A stretch of DNA of 51,337 nt from a bacterium (lineage in GTDB: Bacteria > Zhuqueibacterota > QNDG01 > JABMRT01), in the NCBI GenBank assembly GCA_011046415.1, contig DSAP01000185.1:1-51337 (forward strand), in the 5' to 3' direction. This document shows, one piece after another, positions 1 through 9,864 of this stretch. Position 1 is the stretch's first letter; each line of letters begins with the position of its first letter. The position numbers were made by a program, and so were the translations under genes. The notes under the pieces are model-generated. The model ran no database searches. It worked only from the letters and a program-made list of their open reading frames with translations, and was not told the origin of the DNA.

Positions 1-481
<481 letters not shown>

Positions 482-544
482 CGAATCATTTTCTAACAAA
501 CGGAAAGTCGAATCCATCAAGATCGAGAGCCGTGCACGCGAAAA

Positions 545-556
545 TTTCAGAGAACA
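545..556 (-). promoter_or_regulatory. boxA-like antitermination element in the rrn leader
   Basis: Minus strand TGTTCTCTGAAA lies between the promoters and 16S and resembles the boxA consensus (T)GNTCTTTRAMA. Confidence 0.55.
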
Positions 557-598
557 AAATGACTTTGGATTAATTTCGCCTTTCTAAAGGCGTTCATA

Positions 599-627
599 AA
601 TATAAATCTTTATTTTCCCGAAGTCAA
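599..627 (-). promoter_or_regulatory. rrn promoter P2 (sigma70-type)
   Basis: Minus strand TTGACT (627-622), 17 nt spacer, TATATT (604-599); AT-rich UP-like tract upstream. Confidence 0.8.
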
Positions 628-689
628 GCTTTTTTTAATTATTGATGTTTTCTTCATCTTAAAAGCAACCCTCGTCTTCGAGGCGTATC

Positions 690-718
690 AGTATACATAA
701 TTCAATAAGAAAAGTCAA
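690..718 (-). promoter_or_regulatory. rrn promoter P1 (sigma70-type)
   Basis: Minus strand TTGACT (718-713), 17 nt spacer, TATACT (695-690). Confidence 0.8.
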
Positions 719-755
719 GCTATTTCATCGCTGTTTATCGGAGAACTTGCATTTT

Positions 756-1853
756 TTATACGCGCGGCGCTTTATCGCGTTCCCAGGCCAACACCTGAGA
801 GGCCGCATCGAGAAGATCTTCGGCCCGGGCATCGGGTTCTCCCTGAAATTCCCCGTCTTCCCCACGAAAACCGGTATTAACCAGGATGATTTTCATGCCT
901 GCACGCCGGCCGGTTTCCATGTCTGAAGTCTTATCGCCTACAAAAACACTCCGGGTCAAATCGATATTCAAATCCTTTTCCGCACGCCGGATCAGGGCCT
1001 GGCCCGGTTTGCGGCAGTCGCATTGTTCGGATTTGGAATGGGGGCAGAAATAGATCTTATCGACGAGGACGCCGACATCCGACAGCTGCCTCAACATTTC
1101 CCGGTTCACCGCATAAAAATCTTCCTTGCCGAAGTAACCCATGCCGATGCCCGGCTGGTTGGAGACGATCACGATCCGGTAGCCCATGTCCTGAAACATG
1201 CGTATCCCGGCCGCCGCATTGGGCAGCAGCCGGAATTTTTCCGGTTCATGCAGGTAGAGCACCTCCTCGTTGATCGTACCGTCCCGGTCGAAAAATACGG
1301 CGGGCGCCTTTCGTGCGGGACGTTGCGTAATATGCGTTGCGCCGTCTTCATCGAGGACCCGGGAACTTGTTTCGTCCCCTCCGTCACGTATTTTTTCGAT
1401 GATCCGTGTCGTCGAAATGGATTGGGTGACGGGGATCAGGCGAACCTCTCCGCCGTATTCTTCCGCGGTGGACCGGGATGTCAGGTCCTCATGGGAATAG
1501 TCTCCTGCCTTGATATAATAATGGGGTCGCAGTGTCCCGATATTTTCCCGGTTCCGCCGTTCGTCGAACAGAAACACATAATCGACGGATTCCAGCGCCG
1601 CAACCACGCGCACGCGGTGCGCGTCGGGAACCACGGGACGGCCCGGACCCTTGTAGGATTGGACGGAACGATCGGAATTCACGCCGACGATCAGCACGTC
1701 GCAGATTCCCTTCGCCTTCTCCAGATAGTCCGCGTGCCCCGCGTGAACGATATCGAAGGCGCCCGAGGTGAATCCGATCTTTTTCCCCGATGCCCGGAGA
1801 TGTTCGCAGAGCGTCCCGAGCTCATCGCGTGTCTTTATCTTATCCTCAATCAT
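756..1853 (-). CDS. Bifunctional ADP-heptose synthase domain (RfaE domain II/HldE-C nucleotidyltransferase) fused to D,D-heptose-1,7-bisphosphate phosphatase (GmhB, HAD-IIIA)
   Basis: N-half: FTSGAFDIVHAGH, VGVNSD..V..YKG..RP, KAGDY, STTRII. C-half: FFDRDGTIN, VSNQPGIG, CPH..CDCRKP, VGDKTSDM. Confidence 0.9.
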   Translation of the reverse strand: MIEDKIKTRDELGTLCEHLRASGKKIGFTSGAFDIVHAGHADYLEKAKGICDVLIVGVNSDRSVQSYKGPGRPVVPDAHRVRVVAALESVDYVFLFDERRNRENIGTLRPHYYIKAGDYSHEDLTSRSTAEEYGGEVRLIPVTQSISTTRIIEKIRDGGDETSSRVLDEDGATHITQRPARKAPAVFFDRDGTINEEVLYLHEPEKFRLLPNAAAGIRMFQDMGYRIVIVSNQPGIGMGYFGKEDFYAVNREMLRQLSDVGVLVDKIYFCPHSKSEQCDCRKPGQALIRRAEKDLNIDLTRSVFVGDKTSDMETGRRAGMKIILVNTGFRGEDGEFQGEPDARAEDLLDAASQVLAWERDKAPRV

Positions 1854-1854
1854 G

Positions 1855-4800
1855 TCACAATGTCTCTCTGATGCCGTCGAGAAGCCTGTCCACCCGGTAA
1901 TCCGACAGGGATTCCGCCTTCCCGATGGCTGAAAAAAGGGCGTCGATTCGTTTCAACCGTTTCCGCTTGCGCGGTTTCGGGCATTCTGAATCCGCAAGAA
2001 CAAGGATGACCCCGGACACGATCAGCCAGCGCATGAGATCCTCAAAGGATTCCTTATGGAACCAGACCGCCTCCTGATGGCGATGGATTCGCACGAACCG
2101 GCGGGCGTCCGGATCGCGGAGCAACTCCTCAAGGAATGCATAAGCCGTGACCTCCTCGGACCGACCGGACATGAAGTCCTGATGCGTGGTCAGGATCCGT
2201 ATGAGCAGTCCGGCTTCCCAGACCCGTTCCGAATCTGGATGAATTTCCGACAGGACATCGGCGACGATCTTGCCGAGCAGCCACTCGTCGATCCAGCTCC
2301 TGCTGACGGCGGCGGCTTCGTGAGGAGTCTGAACGGAACCGAGCCGGTGCAGGACGATCCAGGGAAACAGGACGCCTGCGGCCCGGACCGGCTCATCGTA
2401 AAGGGATTGAATCGCTTCCTGGATAACCGGCGCCTTCGCCTCTGTGAGAAGGGGAAAATGGGTCGCGTGTGCCGGCAATCCGAGGAGTACGGCCAGTTCA
2501 TCCCGCGCGGCTCTTCCCAACCCGGTTTCAGGCGGAGTGACCCGGATGAATCCGGAAATCCCGGCGCCGATCTGATCCATGCTCTGTTCGAAATCATCGA
2601 GCAATGCCCGGTTGAGCGGTTTTCGTAAGTCCGTGATGGCGCCGGTTACGGCGTGGAATGTGACCACGTTGACCAGAGATTTGAAGACGCCGTGCACGGG
2701 CTGCAGGAAAATTTCAGTCAGGGCCTCGGCAATGCTCGGAACACCGCGTCCGCCGAGATAATCGGCCAGCTGATGATAGGGCCGGTCTTCCCGGACCTGT
2801 ACGATCCGGAAATCCATGAAAACCTGATAACGATACCCGTTCAGTTCGATGAAGAGGCCCTGATCGTGAAGGGCCCGGGTGTTGCGGAGGTATTCCAGGC
2901 CGGATATCCGGTCGCGGAACACCACATAGGCGTCCGGGTCGGCAGGCAGGGCGAGCCCCTGGCTGAGGTTTTGGTGAACTATCCTGCGGGACTTTCCCTT
3001 TTCGATATATCCCGCCGACACCCTGATCCAGCCCGCGGTTCCGGCGTAGGCGTTGTTGTATACGACCAGGGCCCGTTCTTCTCCTGCGCGGTTCGAATAG
3101 GCGAATACATTCTCATTGACCGATCCCCCGTCCGTGAAGAAATCATAAAACAAAAAATGCCGGACTTCGGAAAAGAGGAGGCGGTTACGCAGGATCGGGA
3201 AAATTTCCCGTTCATGCCGCTGGATCAGCCAGGGATCGGGCTGTTCGTCCCAGTAGGCGCGGCGAAATTCCATGCCGTATTTTTCAGACAGCCCCTCGAT
3301 CTGTCCGTGTCCGAACATGGGGAGTCCCGGCAGGGTGGCCAGCATAATACAGACACCGAAATATTTATCCTCCTTGCCGAACTGAACGACCGCGGCATCC
3401 TCGTCCGGATTGTTCATGAAATTGACATACCGCTTGAGTATTTCGGGGTCGAAGGCGAGTGTATTCTTGATGACGCTTCGGTATTTCGCGTTCTCTTCGT
3501 TCTTGAGCATGTTCATAAACGCGCTGTTGTATACCCGGTGCATCCCGAGGGTACGCACGAAATAGCCTTCCAACAGCCAGAACGCCTCGGCCAAAAGGAG
3601 GGTATCGGGTGCTTCCCGGGCGACACGGTCGACGACCTCCCGCCAGAATTCTTCGGGAATGGCCCTGTCGAAATCGGTTCCGGACAGGCCGTGCTCGGCA
3701 CGGGAAGGGATGGCGCCACCCGTGCCCGGCTCGGGAAACCAGAGCCGCTGAATATGCTTCTTGGCCAGGGTCATGGCCGCATCGAACCGGATGACGGGAA
3801 ACTGCCGCGCGACGTGGAGTATGTTCTGGATGACCGCCTCGCGGGTCTCGGGATTCAGATAATCGAGCTGAGCCGTGTCGTTCCAGGGCATACTCGTGCC
3901 GTCGTTGCCGTGATAGATGTATTTGACATCCCCGGTCCAGTGATCGACACGTTTGAACACCACGGCCGCATCAGTCCGGGTGTAATAGTGGTCTTCGAGA
4001 TAAATACCGACGCGGTGATCGGAGGAAAGATCGGGTCCGTTGAAGGAATAGGACGGAAAGGGGGAATCCTGGAGTGAAAGAAACCGGCCTGGATGTTCGA
4101 TCACCCAGCGGCCGTCGATGCCGACATGATTGGGCACCATGTCGCCGGACATGCGGATGCCCCGCTTCCAGACGCGCTCCTTGAGGTTCAGGAAGGATGC
4201 TTCGCCGCCGAGATCCGCGGAGATTACATAATCCTTCAGGGAATAGGCGGAGGCCTCGGCCTCCGGATTGCCGCACATCTGCTTGATGCGACGGGAGGCT
4301 TCGCTCCGCTCCCAGAGTCCGATCAGCCAGAGTGCCGTGAATCCCCACCGGGACAGCAAATCCAGTTCCTCATCGGGAATCTGGTCGAGACGGCGGATTT
4401 CGCGCCGGTATTTTTTGGACAACTGATCCAGCCACACATACGTGTTCTTCGCCATCATGACGACGCGGGGCATCCACTCGGCGTCCCGGCTGAATCGTTC
4501 CGTGTCGGTCGTGAGGGCGGAAAAGTCGTGCACATCGGACGGCCCCGGCCCGGTGAAACCCGTCTTGCGTTCTTCCTGTATCAGATCCAGTCCGCGGAGC
4601 AGCCGGTACAGGTATTTGCCGAGCAGTTTGCCCCAATGCCTTCGAATATATTCGAGTTGACCTTCTAGCGAGAACGGTTCAGCAATCGCCGGGCTGCGCA
4701 GCATCGTTAGCAGGGACCGGTCTTCCGGCCCGAAATGGGGCTGTGATTCGAAAAATGTGTCGAGGACGGGCATGATCTCGCGGTAAGCGGTCATCTTCTC

Positions 4801-5310
4801 GAGTCCGGCATCGTCGAACAATTCCAGATAGGGTGAAAATGCGGGATTGAGGTTCGCCAGCCAGAGCATCAGCATTTCTTCGAGCGCGCCGGCCGCATTT
4901 GGTATGCCGTCCGTATCGCCACCCAGGTAGTTTTCGATGGAGATTTCCCCGCGATAAACGGCCACGGGCGGAAACTGGTCCGTGAAATGGCGGATTGCCT
5001 CGGCCGTCCTTTCCTCCCCGATTTTTACCTCTGCGACCCTGAGCGCATTGACCATCGCCACGGGATTGATCTGCTCGCAATACAAGCGGACGACCAGATG
5101 GAGGATCTCGTCGATCAACCCCATCGCATGGATGTCACCCGCACGCACGGCGAGTTCGGGAAAGCGGATCAGATCGCGCCGGGCATTCATGTTCTGGACG
5201 AATTTCCGGACGCCCAGGAAATTGGCGAAAATGACATTGCCGTTCAAGGCATACAGGATTTCGTCGAACCGGTAATAATCACGCGCCTTGCGGGAAATGT
5301 GGAATTCCAT
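1855..5310 (-). CDS. Large alpha-amylase family (GH13) glycoside hydrolase with long N- and C-terminal extensions
   Basis: DMVPNH, RFDAAM (nucleophile), LAEAFW (acid/base), FMNNPDE. Start placed at ATG 5310 (MEFHIS) with GAGGG upstream. Confidence 0.85.
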   Translation of the reverse strand: MEFHISRKARDYYRFDEILYALNGNVIFANFLGVRKFVQNMNARRDLIRFPELAVRAGDIHAMGLIDEILHLVVRLYCEQINPVAMVNALRVAEVKIGEERTAEAIRHFTDQFPPVAVYRGEISIENYLGGDTDGIPNAAGALEEMLMLWLANLNPAFSPYLELFDDAGLEKMTAYREIMPVLDTFFESQPHFGPEDRSLLTMLRSPAIAEPFSLEGQLEYIRRHWGKLLGKYLYRLLRGLDLIQEERKTGFTGPGPSDVHDFSALTTDTERFSRDAEWMPRVVMMAKNTYVWLDQLSKKYRREIRRLDQIPDEELDLLSRWGFTALWLIGLWERSEASRRIKQMCGNPEAEASAYSLKDYVISADLGGEASFLNLKERVWKRGIRMSGDMVPNHVGIDGRWVIEHPGRFLSLQDSPFPSYSFNGPDLSSDHRVGIYLEDHYYTRTDAAVVFKRVDHWTGDVKYIYHGNDGTSMPWNDTAQLDYLNPETREAVIQNILHVARQFPVIRFDAAMTLAKKHIQRLWFPEPGTGGAIPSRAEHGLSGTDFDRAIPEEFWREVVDRVAREAPDTLLLAEAFWLLEGYFVRTLGMHRVYNSAFMNMLKNEENAKYRSVIKNTLAFDPEILKRYVNFMNNPDEDAAVVQFGKEDKYFGVCIMLATLPGLPMFGHGQIEGLSEKYGMEFRRAYWDEQPDPWLIQRHEREIFPILRNRLLFSEVRHFLFYDFFTDGGSVNENVFAYSNRAGEERALVVYNNAYAGTAGWIRVSAGYIEKGKSRRIVHQNLSQGLALPADPDAYVVFRDRISGLEYLRNTRALHDQGLFIELNGYRYQVFMDFRIVQVREDRPYHQLADYLGGRGVPSIAEALTEIFLQPVHGVFKSLVNVVTFHAVTGAITDLRKPLNRALLDDFEQSMDQIGAGISGFIRVTPPETGLGRAARDELAVLLGLPAHATHFPLLTEAKAPVIQEAIQSLYDEPVRAAGVLFPWIVLHRLGSVQTPHEAAAVSRSWIDEWLLGKIVADVLSEIHPDSERVWEAGLLIRILTTHQDFMSGRSEEVTAYAFLEELLRDPDARRFVRIHRHQEAVWFHKESFEDLMRWLIVSGVILVLADSECPKPRKRKRLKRIDALFSAIGKAESLSDYRVDRLLDGIRETL

Positions 5311-5469
5311 GGAAACCCTCAAAAATCTTCTGTATTTTCAAACTCCTGGAAGTTCACCCCCCGGAAGTGAATCGATATCCCGATTCATATTAAAGAACCT
5401 GAAAGTAAGATACAGAAAATAATCAGGGCAATCAAATTGAAAATGATTTTCCGGACCTTAGACACATAA

Positions 5470-5500
5470 ACCACCGGTTGGTTCCGAACCTCCCGGCGGT
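5470..5500 (-). terminator. Hairpin downstream of the TolC-family gene, possible terminator
   Basis: Minus strand ACCGCCGG-ga-GGTT-cgg-AACC-aa-CCGGTGGT followed by TTAT; the U-tract is weak. Confidence 0.35.
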
Positions 5501-5570
5501 ACATATCAACTGCATATCTTGACTGTATTTAAAGAGACGGGAAATGAATAAAAATGATCGTGGCTGAATT

Positions 5571-7070
5571 TTAAAAGTCGAGCGCCTCCTGAATCGTCAT
5601 TCCTTTTTCAAAATCGTAATACGTCTGGACCGTCAACTCCAGACAAGCCCGTTTGTATCCCAGATAGGCCTCCAGCAGTTTCGTCTCGGTTTCTTTGCGT
5701 CGTGTGATCATCTGGAGCAACTCCTGAAAAGAGGTCTCTCCCCTGCGGTAATCGTCGAGACCGATCACTGTAACTTCTTCCGCCAATTCGAGACTTTCCT
5801 GCATATTGTAAAAGCGGGCGCTGTATTCCATCAAATTGGTATAGGCATTGATGACGCTTTTCCGGATGATGTCTTCCCGCTCTTCGATATCAATCATCCG
5901 CTGTTCTAAACCCCGGCGTTCGGCATCGATCTGATAGCGACGTCTCCCCCAGTCCCAAACGGGTAAATACGCTTTCAGGGTAACGGAGTTGCTGTTATCA
6001 TAACCCATCCATATATTCGAGAAACTGTGATTGGATTTCTCGAGTCCGTATGTCATCTCCAGCCGCATATGAAAGGCGTCATGGCCCCGGATGTTCTCAA
6101 GATCAATCTCGGATTTCCGTTTCCATATCGCAAGCCGCCTGAGCCAGGGATTGAGGGTAAATCCGTAATGGATGGCCTGATCCAGATCGATCGATGCGGG
6201 TTGAACGGTCAGCACAGGATTGATATAGAGTGAATCCCGGATATCCAGATTCAGTTTCTGCTTCAGATTTGCGAGTTTCATGCGAAGCCTGCCCTGGTTT
6301 TCGAGCAGATTCTCCCGCATATGGGCGATTTCCAGCCGCAACTGGATCGGGTCTCTGCGCCGGTTGTTTGTTACTTCCGCAACCCGGAAGACAACTTCAT
6401 GGACGGAATCCAAAATGCCAATTTGACGATTGAAAATGATGTTGAGATAAGCATATTCAAATGCGTCATAATAATCGCTGGCGATATCATTCATGATGAC
6501 CATGCGTTCAGAGAGATAATTGAGCCGTACGTCTTTCAGATTCGCCTCTGCGACTTCCAGGTCATTTTTCAGTTTATTGGGCAGGAAGAAAGGTTGTTCA
6601 AACTTGATAAACAGCCTGTTGTAATAATCAATATCGTAACCGCTTGCTTCCTGCTGGGCATATCTGTACAGATTGTAATTCAGGGAAATGAATCCGTTTG
6701 TCGGATATCCGAACAGAATGACCGGCTGCCGGATGGAAAGCTGAGACTGCCATAACTGGCTATTAAGCCGGACAATCTCGTCGCGGTAGAGCGCCGAATT
6801 CCACCGTGTATCTGAAATCTGTTTGAGGTCGGGCGACCTGAGATCCACAGAAACATGAGATTTCAGACCCGCCTTCCGGGCCTGAAGCCAGGATGTGCTG
6901 CGTTCGATGCCGAGTTCGAGCCGTCTGATTTGATAACTGTGGCTCATGGCGATCTCGACGGCATTCTCGAGTGTCAGGGAAATTCGGTTTCCGGCATGGA
7001 GAAATGAAACGGACGACCACAACAGATTGAAAAACAAAACACCGGATGACAGATTGAATCGATGAACCAT
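5571..7070 (-). CDS. TolC-family outer membrane efflux protein
   Basis: Signal peptide, LTLENAVEIAM, two OEP-like coiled-coil repeats, LPVWDWG, Y..GETS..ELL motif near the C-terminus. Confidence 0.85.
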   Translation of the reverse strand: MVHRFNLSSGVLFFNLLWSSVSFLHAGNRISLTLENAVEIAMSHSYQIRRLELGIERSTSWLQARKAGLKSHVSVDLRSPDLKQISDTRWNSALYRDEIVRLNSQLWQSQLSIRQPVILFGYPTNGFISLNYNLYRYAQQEASGYDIDYYNRLFIKFEQPFFLPNKLKNDLEVAEANLKDVRLNYLSERMVIMNDIASDYYDAFEYAYLNIIFNRQIGILDSVHEVVFRVAEVTNNRRRDPIQLRLEIAHMRENLLENQGRLRMKLANLKQKLNLDIRDSLYINPVLTVQPASIDLDQAIHYGFTLNPWLRRLAIWKRKSEIDLENIRGHDAFHMRLEMTYGLEKSNHSFSNIWMGYDNSNSVTLKAYLPVWDWGRRRYQIDAERRGLEQRMIDIEEREDIIRKSVINAYTNLMEYSARFYNMQESLELAEEVTVIGLDDYRRGETSFQELLQMITRRKETETKLLEAYLGYKRACLELTVQTYYDFEKGMTIQEALDF

Positions 7071-7251
7071 ATAACGACTCCACGTTGATCTATCAAAAGA
7101 TATCTGGGAAATGACTCCGATGTGTCATCGATCCGTCAAAAAGTGTAAAAGAATATCGAACCGAAGCCATGATATGATCTGTTGGCAGACCGGGATGCCG
7201 ATCCAAATGGCGAGTCGGCTCAGGACTTCAGGTCCTCAAACCGGGAATTTC

Positions 7252-7278
7252 AAAAAAAGACAGGATAACATCCTGCCT
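7252..7278 (-). terminator. Rho-independent terminator downstream of asnA
   Basis: Minus strand AGGCAGGAT-gtt-ATCCTGTCT followed by a T-run. Confidence 0.65.
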
Positions 7279-7363
7279 GAAAACTACTCCGACGCGCTTT
7301 CCCTCACCGCATCCGCTCATCGCACTGCCGGCCGGGGGCGCCTATCCGGATTCCGGTGTCGTC

Positions 7364-8437
7364 TCACAATAGTTGGATCCTGTGTTTTTTACATGCCGCC
7401 ACCATCTCTTCCGGCCAGATCGCGGACTGGACCTCGCCGATATGCGCCTTACGTAAAAAGATCATACACAACCGGGACTGCCCGATTCCACCGCCGATGG
7501 TCTGCGGCAACGCATCTTTCAGGACACGTTGATGGAAAGGCTGTCCGGCCTTGTGAAGCTCATTCCGGATTTCGAGCTGTTTGTACAATGATTCCTTATT
7601 CACACGGATCCCCATCGAACTGAGCTCGACGGCCCGTTCGAGTATGGGATACCAGACCAGGATATCGCCGTTCAATCCCCGGTAGCCGTTGATCGTCTCC
7701 GTAATCCAGTCGTCATAATCGGCGGCCCGGGAGTCATGGGGTGTGCCGCTCCTGAGTGCGGCGCCGATGCCGATGATGAAGACCGCGCCTTTTTCACGAC
7801 AGACGGCATCTTCCCTTTCTTTCGGGGTGAGTCCGGGATACATTTCTTCCAGTTCTTCGGCATGGATGAAGGTGATCTTGTCGGGCAGGAAAGGCGCCTC
7901 AATCCTGGGGAAATGCATGCAGATTGCGGCCTCGGTCAGCTTTAACGCCTCATAGATCCTGCGGACGATCGTTTTCAGGAAATCAAGATTGCGTTCATCC
8001 CGATGCATGATCCGTTCCCAATCCCATTGATCGACATAGATGGAATGCAGATTATCCAGCGCCTCATTGGGACGCAAAGCGTTCATGTCCGTATACAGCC
8101 CTTCGCCCGGCTTGAATCCGTATTCACCCAGGGCATTCCGTTTCCATTTCGCGAGTGACTGGACCACCTCGCCGCGTTCCCCGTTCATGAATGGGATCGG
8201 GAATCCGACCGGTTCTCCCGTTCCGTCGAGATAATCATTGATACCCGTCCGGCCGAGGACCACCAAGGGCGCCGAGACCCGTCTCAGATGGAGGGCTTCC
8301 GAAAGATTCTTCTGAAATTGCTCCTTGACCAGGACGATGCCTTCTTCGGTGTCGATCAGGAATAGCGGTGAATGATACCTGGGGGGGTATTGCATCCTTC
8401 CGTTCGGTATGACGGAGTCGGTTTTCTGTTTTCCCAT
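7364..8437 (-). CDS. asnA: Aspartate--ammonia ligase (asparagine synthetase A)
   Basis: EVVQSLAKWKR, GLYTDMNALR, HSIYVDQWDWE, HDSRAADYDDW, ELSSMGIRV, TIGGGIGQSRLCM. Confidence 0.96.
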   Translation of the reverse strand: MGKQKTDSVIPNGRMQYPPRYHSPLFLIDTEEGIVLVKEQFQKNLSEALHLRRVSAPLVVLGRTGINDYLDGTGEPVGFPIPFMNGERGEVVQSLAKWKRNALGEYGFKPGEGLYTDMNALRPNEALDNLHSIYVDQWDWERIMHRDERNLDFLKTIVRRIYEALKLTEAAICMHFPRIEAPFLPDKITFIHAEELEEMYPGLTPKEREDAVCREKGAVFIIGIGAALRSGTPHDSRAADYDDWITETINGYRGLNGDILVWYPILERAVELSSMGIRVNKESLYKQLEIRNELHKAGQPFHQRVLKDALPQTIGGGIGQSRLCMIFLRKAHIGEVQSAIWPEEMVAACKKHRIQLL

Positions 8438-8518
8438 GCGTGCTCCACAAGTTCAAATCAAATTTTGTTAATATACAACAAAACAATCACCGGTTCAACC
8501 GCTTTTGAGTCCTGAATA

Positions 8519-8569
8519 AAAAAACCTCCCCCCTCCGGTCATCAAGTCAGCATTCCCGGAAAGGGGAGG
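8519..8569 (-). terminator. Rho-independent terminator of the dcw/ftsZ transcript
   Basis: Minus strand CCTCCCCTTTCCGG-(17 nt)-CCGGAGGGGGGAGG-TTTTTT; 14-bp stem including two G-U pairs. Confidence 0.75.
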
Positions 8570-8572
8570 GCC

Positions 8573-8637
8573 GCACCCGAAAATTCGAGTCGTCGCCACA
8601 ACTCCGAATCATTGCCTTAGAGGGAAAGGCCGGGTGC
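8573..8637 (-). ncRNA. Candidate structured 3'-UTR element (three-way junction) immediately downstream of ftsZ
   Basis: P1 GCACCCG/CGGGTGC encloses P2 GCCTT/AAGGC and P3 ATTC-G-GAGTTGT-ggcg-ACGACTC-GAAT. It starts 4 nt after the stop codon. Confidence 0.5.
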
Positions 8638-8641
8638 AAAT

Positions 8642-9847
8642 TTAACGCACGATGTTTCTCCGCATATAAGCCGGGATGTTCAAATCACTCTCCGACTCAA
8701 AGTCTACGGTACCGTCATTGCCCAGAATCTCACCCCAGACCTCTGCGAGCGGCTCGGATTTGAGTCGTTCGACGAGGGGGATATCTCCGTTGCTTTTCAA
8801 GTCGAATTCCCGGGCCGATACGCCCGTTCCAAACCGGTTGCCTTTTCCTTTCTGAAAACCCGTGGCGATCACCGTCACACGGAGCTCTCCGTTCATCGAG
8901 GGATCCTTGACCGCGCCGAAAATAATGTTGGCATTCTCACCTGCGCTGTTCTGGATGACCGTGGTCGCCTCGCTGATGTCATTGAGAGTCAGATCGCTGC
9001 CCCCGGTGATGTTGACCAGTACGCCGAGCGCCCCGGAGATGGAAATGTCTTCAATCATCGGATTGGCAATGGCCTTTTCGGCCGCTTCCTGTGCGCGGTT
9101 CTCGCCCGAAGCAATACCGGATCCCATGAGCGCATCACCCATCTGACTCATCACGGTCCGGACATCCGCAAAATCGACGTTGACCAGACCGGGCTTGTTG
9201 ATGACGTCCGAAATCCCCTTAGCGGCATGCATCAGAATCTCGTCGGCGATACGAAAGGCATCATCCAGGGGTGTGTTCCGGGGAACCAGGGAAAGCAGTT
9301 TCTGATTGGGCACGACGATCAGTGTGTCCACGACCTCCTTTAACTCATTTAAACCCTTTTCGGCCTTGTTCTTGCGGATAGCCCCCTCGAATTCAAAGGG
9401 TCGGGTGACGATACCCACTGTCAGGGCGCCGAGATCGCGCGCGATCTCGGCCACCACCGGTGCGGCTCCCGTTCCCGTGCCGCCCCCCATGCCGCAGGTG
9501 ATGAACACCATGTCCGAATCTGAAAGTGCATCGATAACCGCATCCTTGTTTTCCTCGATTGCCTTCCGTCCCATCTCGGGGTTTCCGCCGGCCCCCAGGC
9601 CTTTGGTCAGATTCTTCCCGATCTGGATTCGGTAGGGTGCCTTGCTCTGATCAAGCGCCTGCAGATCGGTATTCATCACATAGAACTCAACCCCGGTCAC
9701 CCCATCTTCGATCATCCGGTTGACGGCGTTTCCCCCGGCGCCCCCGACACCGACAACACGGATTGTCGCGATCTGCCGCGACTGCTCGACGAAATCAAAA
9801 GCCAGCAGATTCCCCTTGTCCTGTTTCCGATTTCGATCTCCCACCAT
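8642..9847 (-). CDS. ftsZ: Cell division protein FtsZ
   Basis: GVGGAGGNAVNRM, GMGGGTGTG tubulin signature, NVDFADV, C-terminal DLNIPAYMRR. Confidence 0.99.
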   Translation of the reverse strand: MVGDRNRKQDKGNLLAFDFVEQSRQIATIRVVGVGGAGGNAVNRMIEDGVTGVEFYVMNTDLQALDQSKAPYRIQIGKNLTKGLGAGGNPEMGRKAIEENKDAVIDALSDSDMVFITCGMGGGTGTGAAPVVAEIARDLGALTVGIVTRPFEFEGAIRKNKAEKGLNELKEVVDTLIVVPNQKLLSLVPRNTPLDDAFRIADEILMHAAKGISDVINKPGLVNVDFADVRTVMSQMGDALMGSGIASGENRAQEAAEKAIANPMIEDISISGALGVLVNITGGSDLTLNDISEATTVIQNSAGENANIIFGAVKDPSMNGELRVTVIATGFQKGKGNRFGTGVSAREFDLKSNGDIPLVERLKSEPLAEVWGEILGNDGTVDFESESDLNIPAYMRRNIVR

Positions 9848-9864
9848 TTTCGGCCTCCTTGTTT

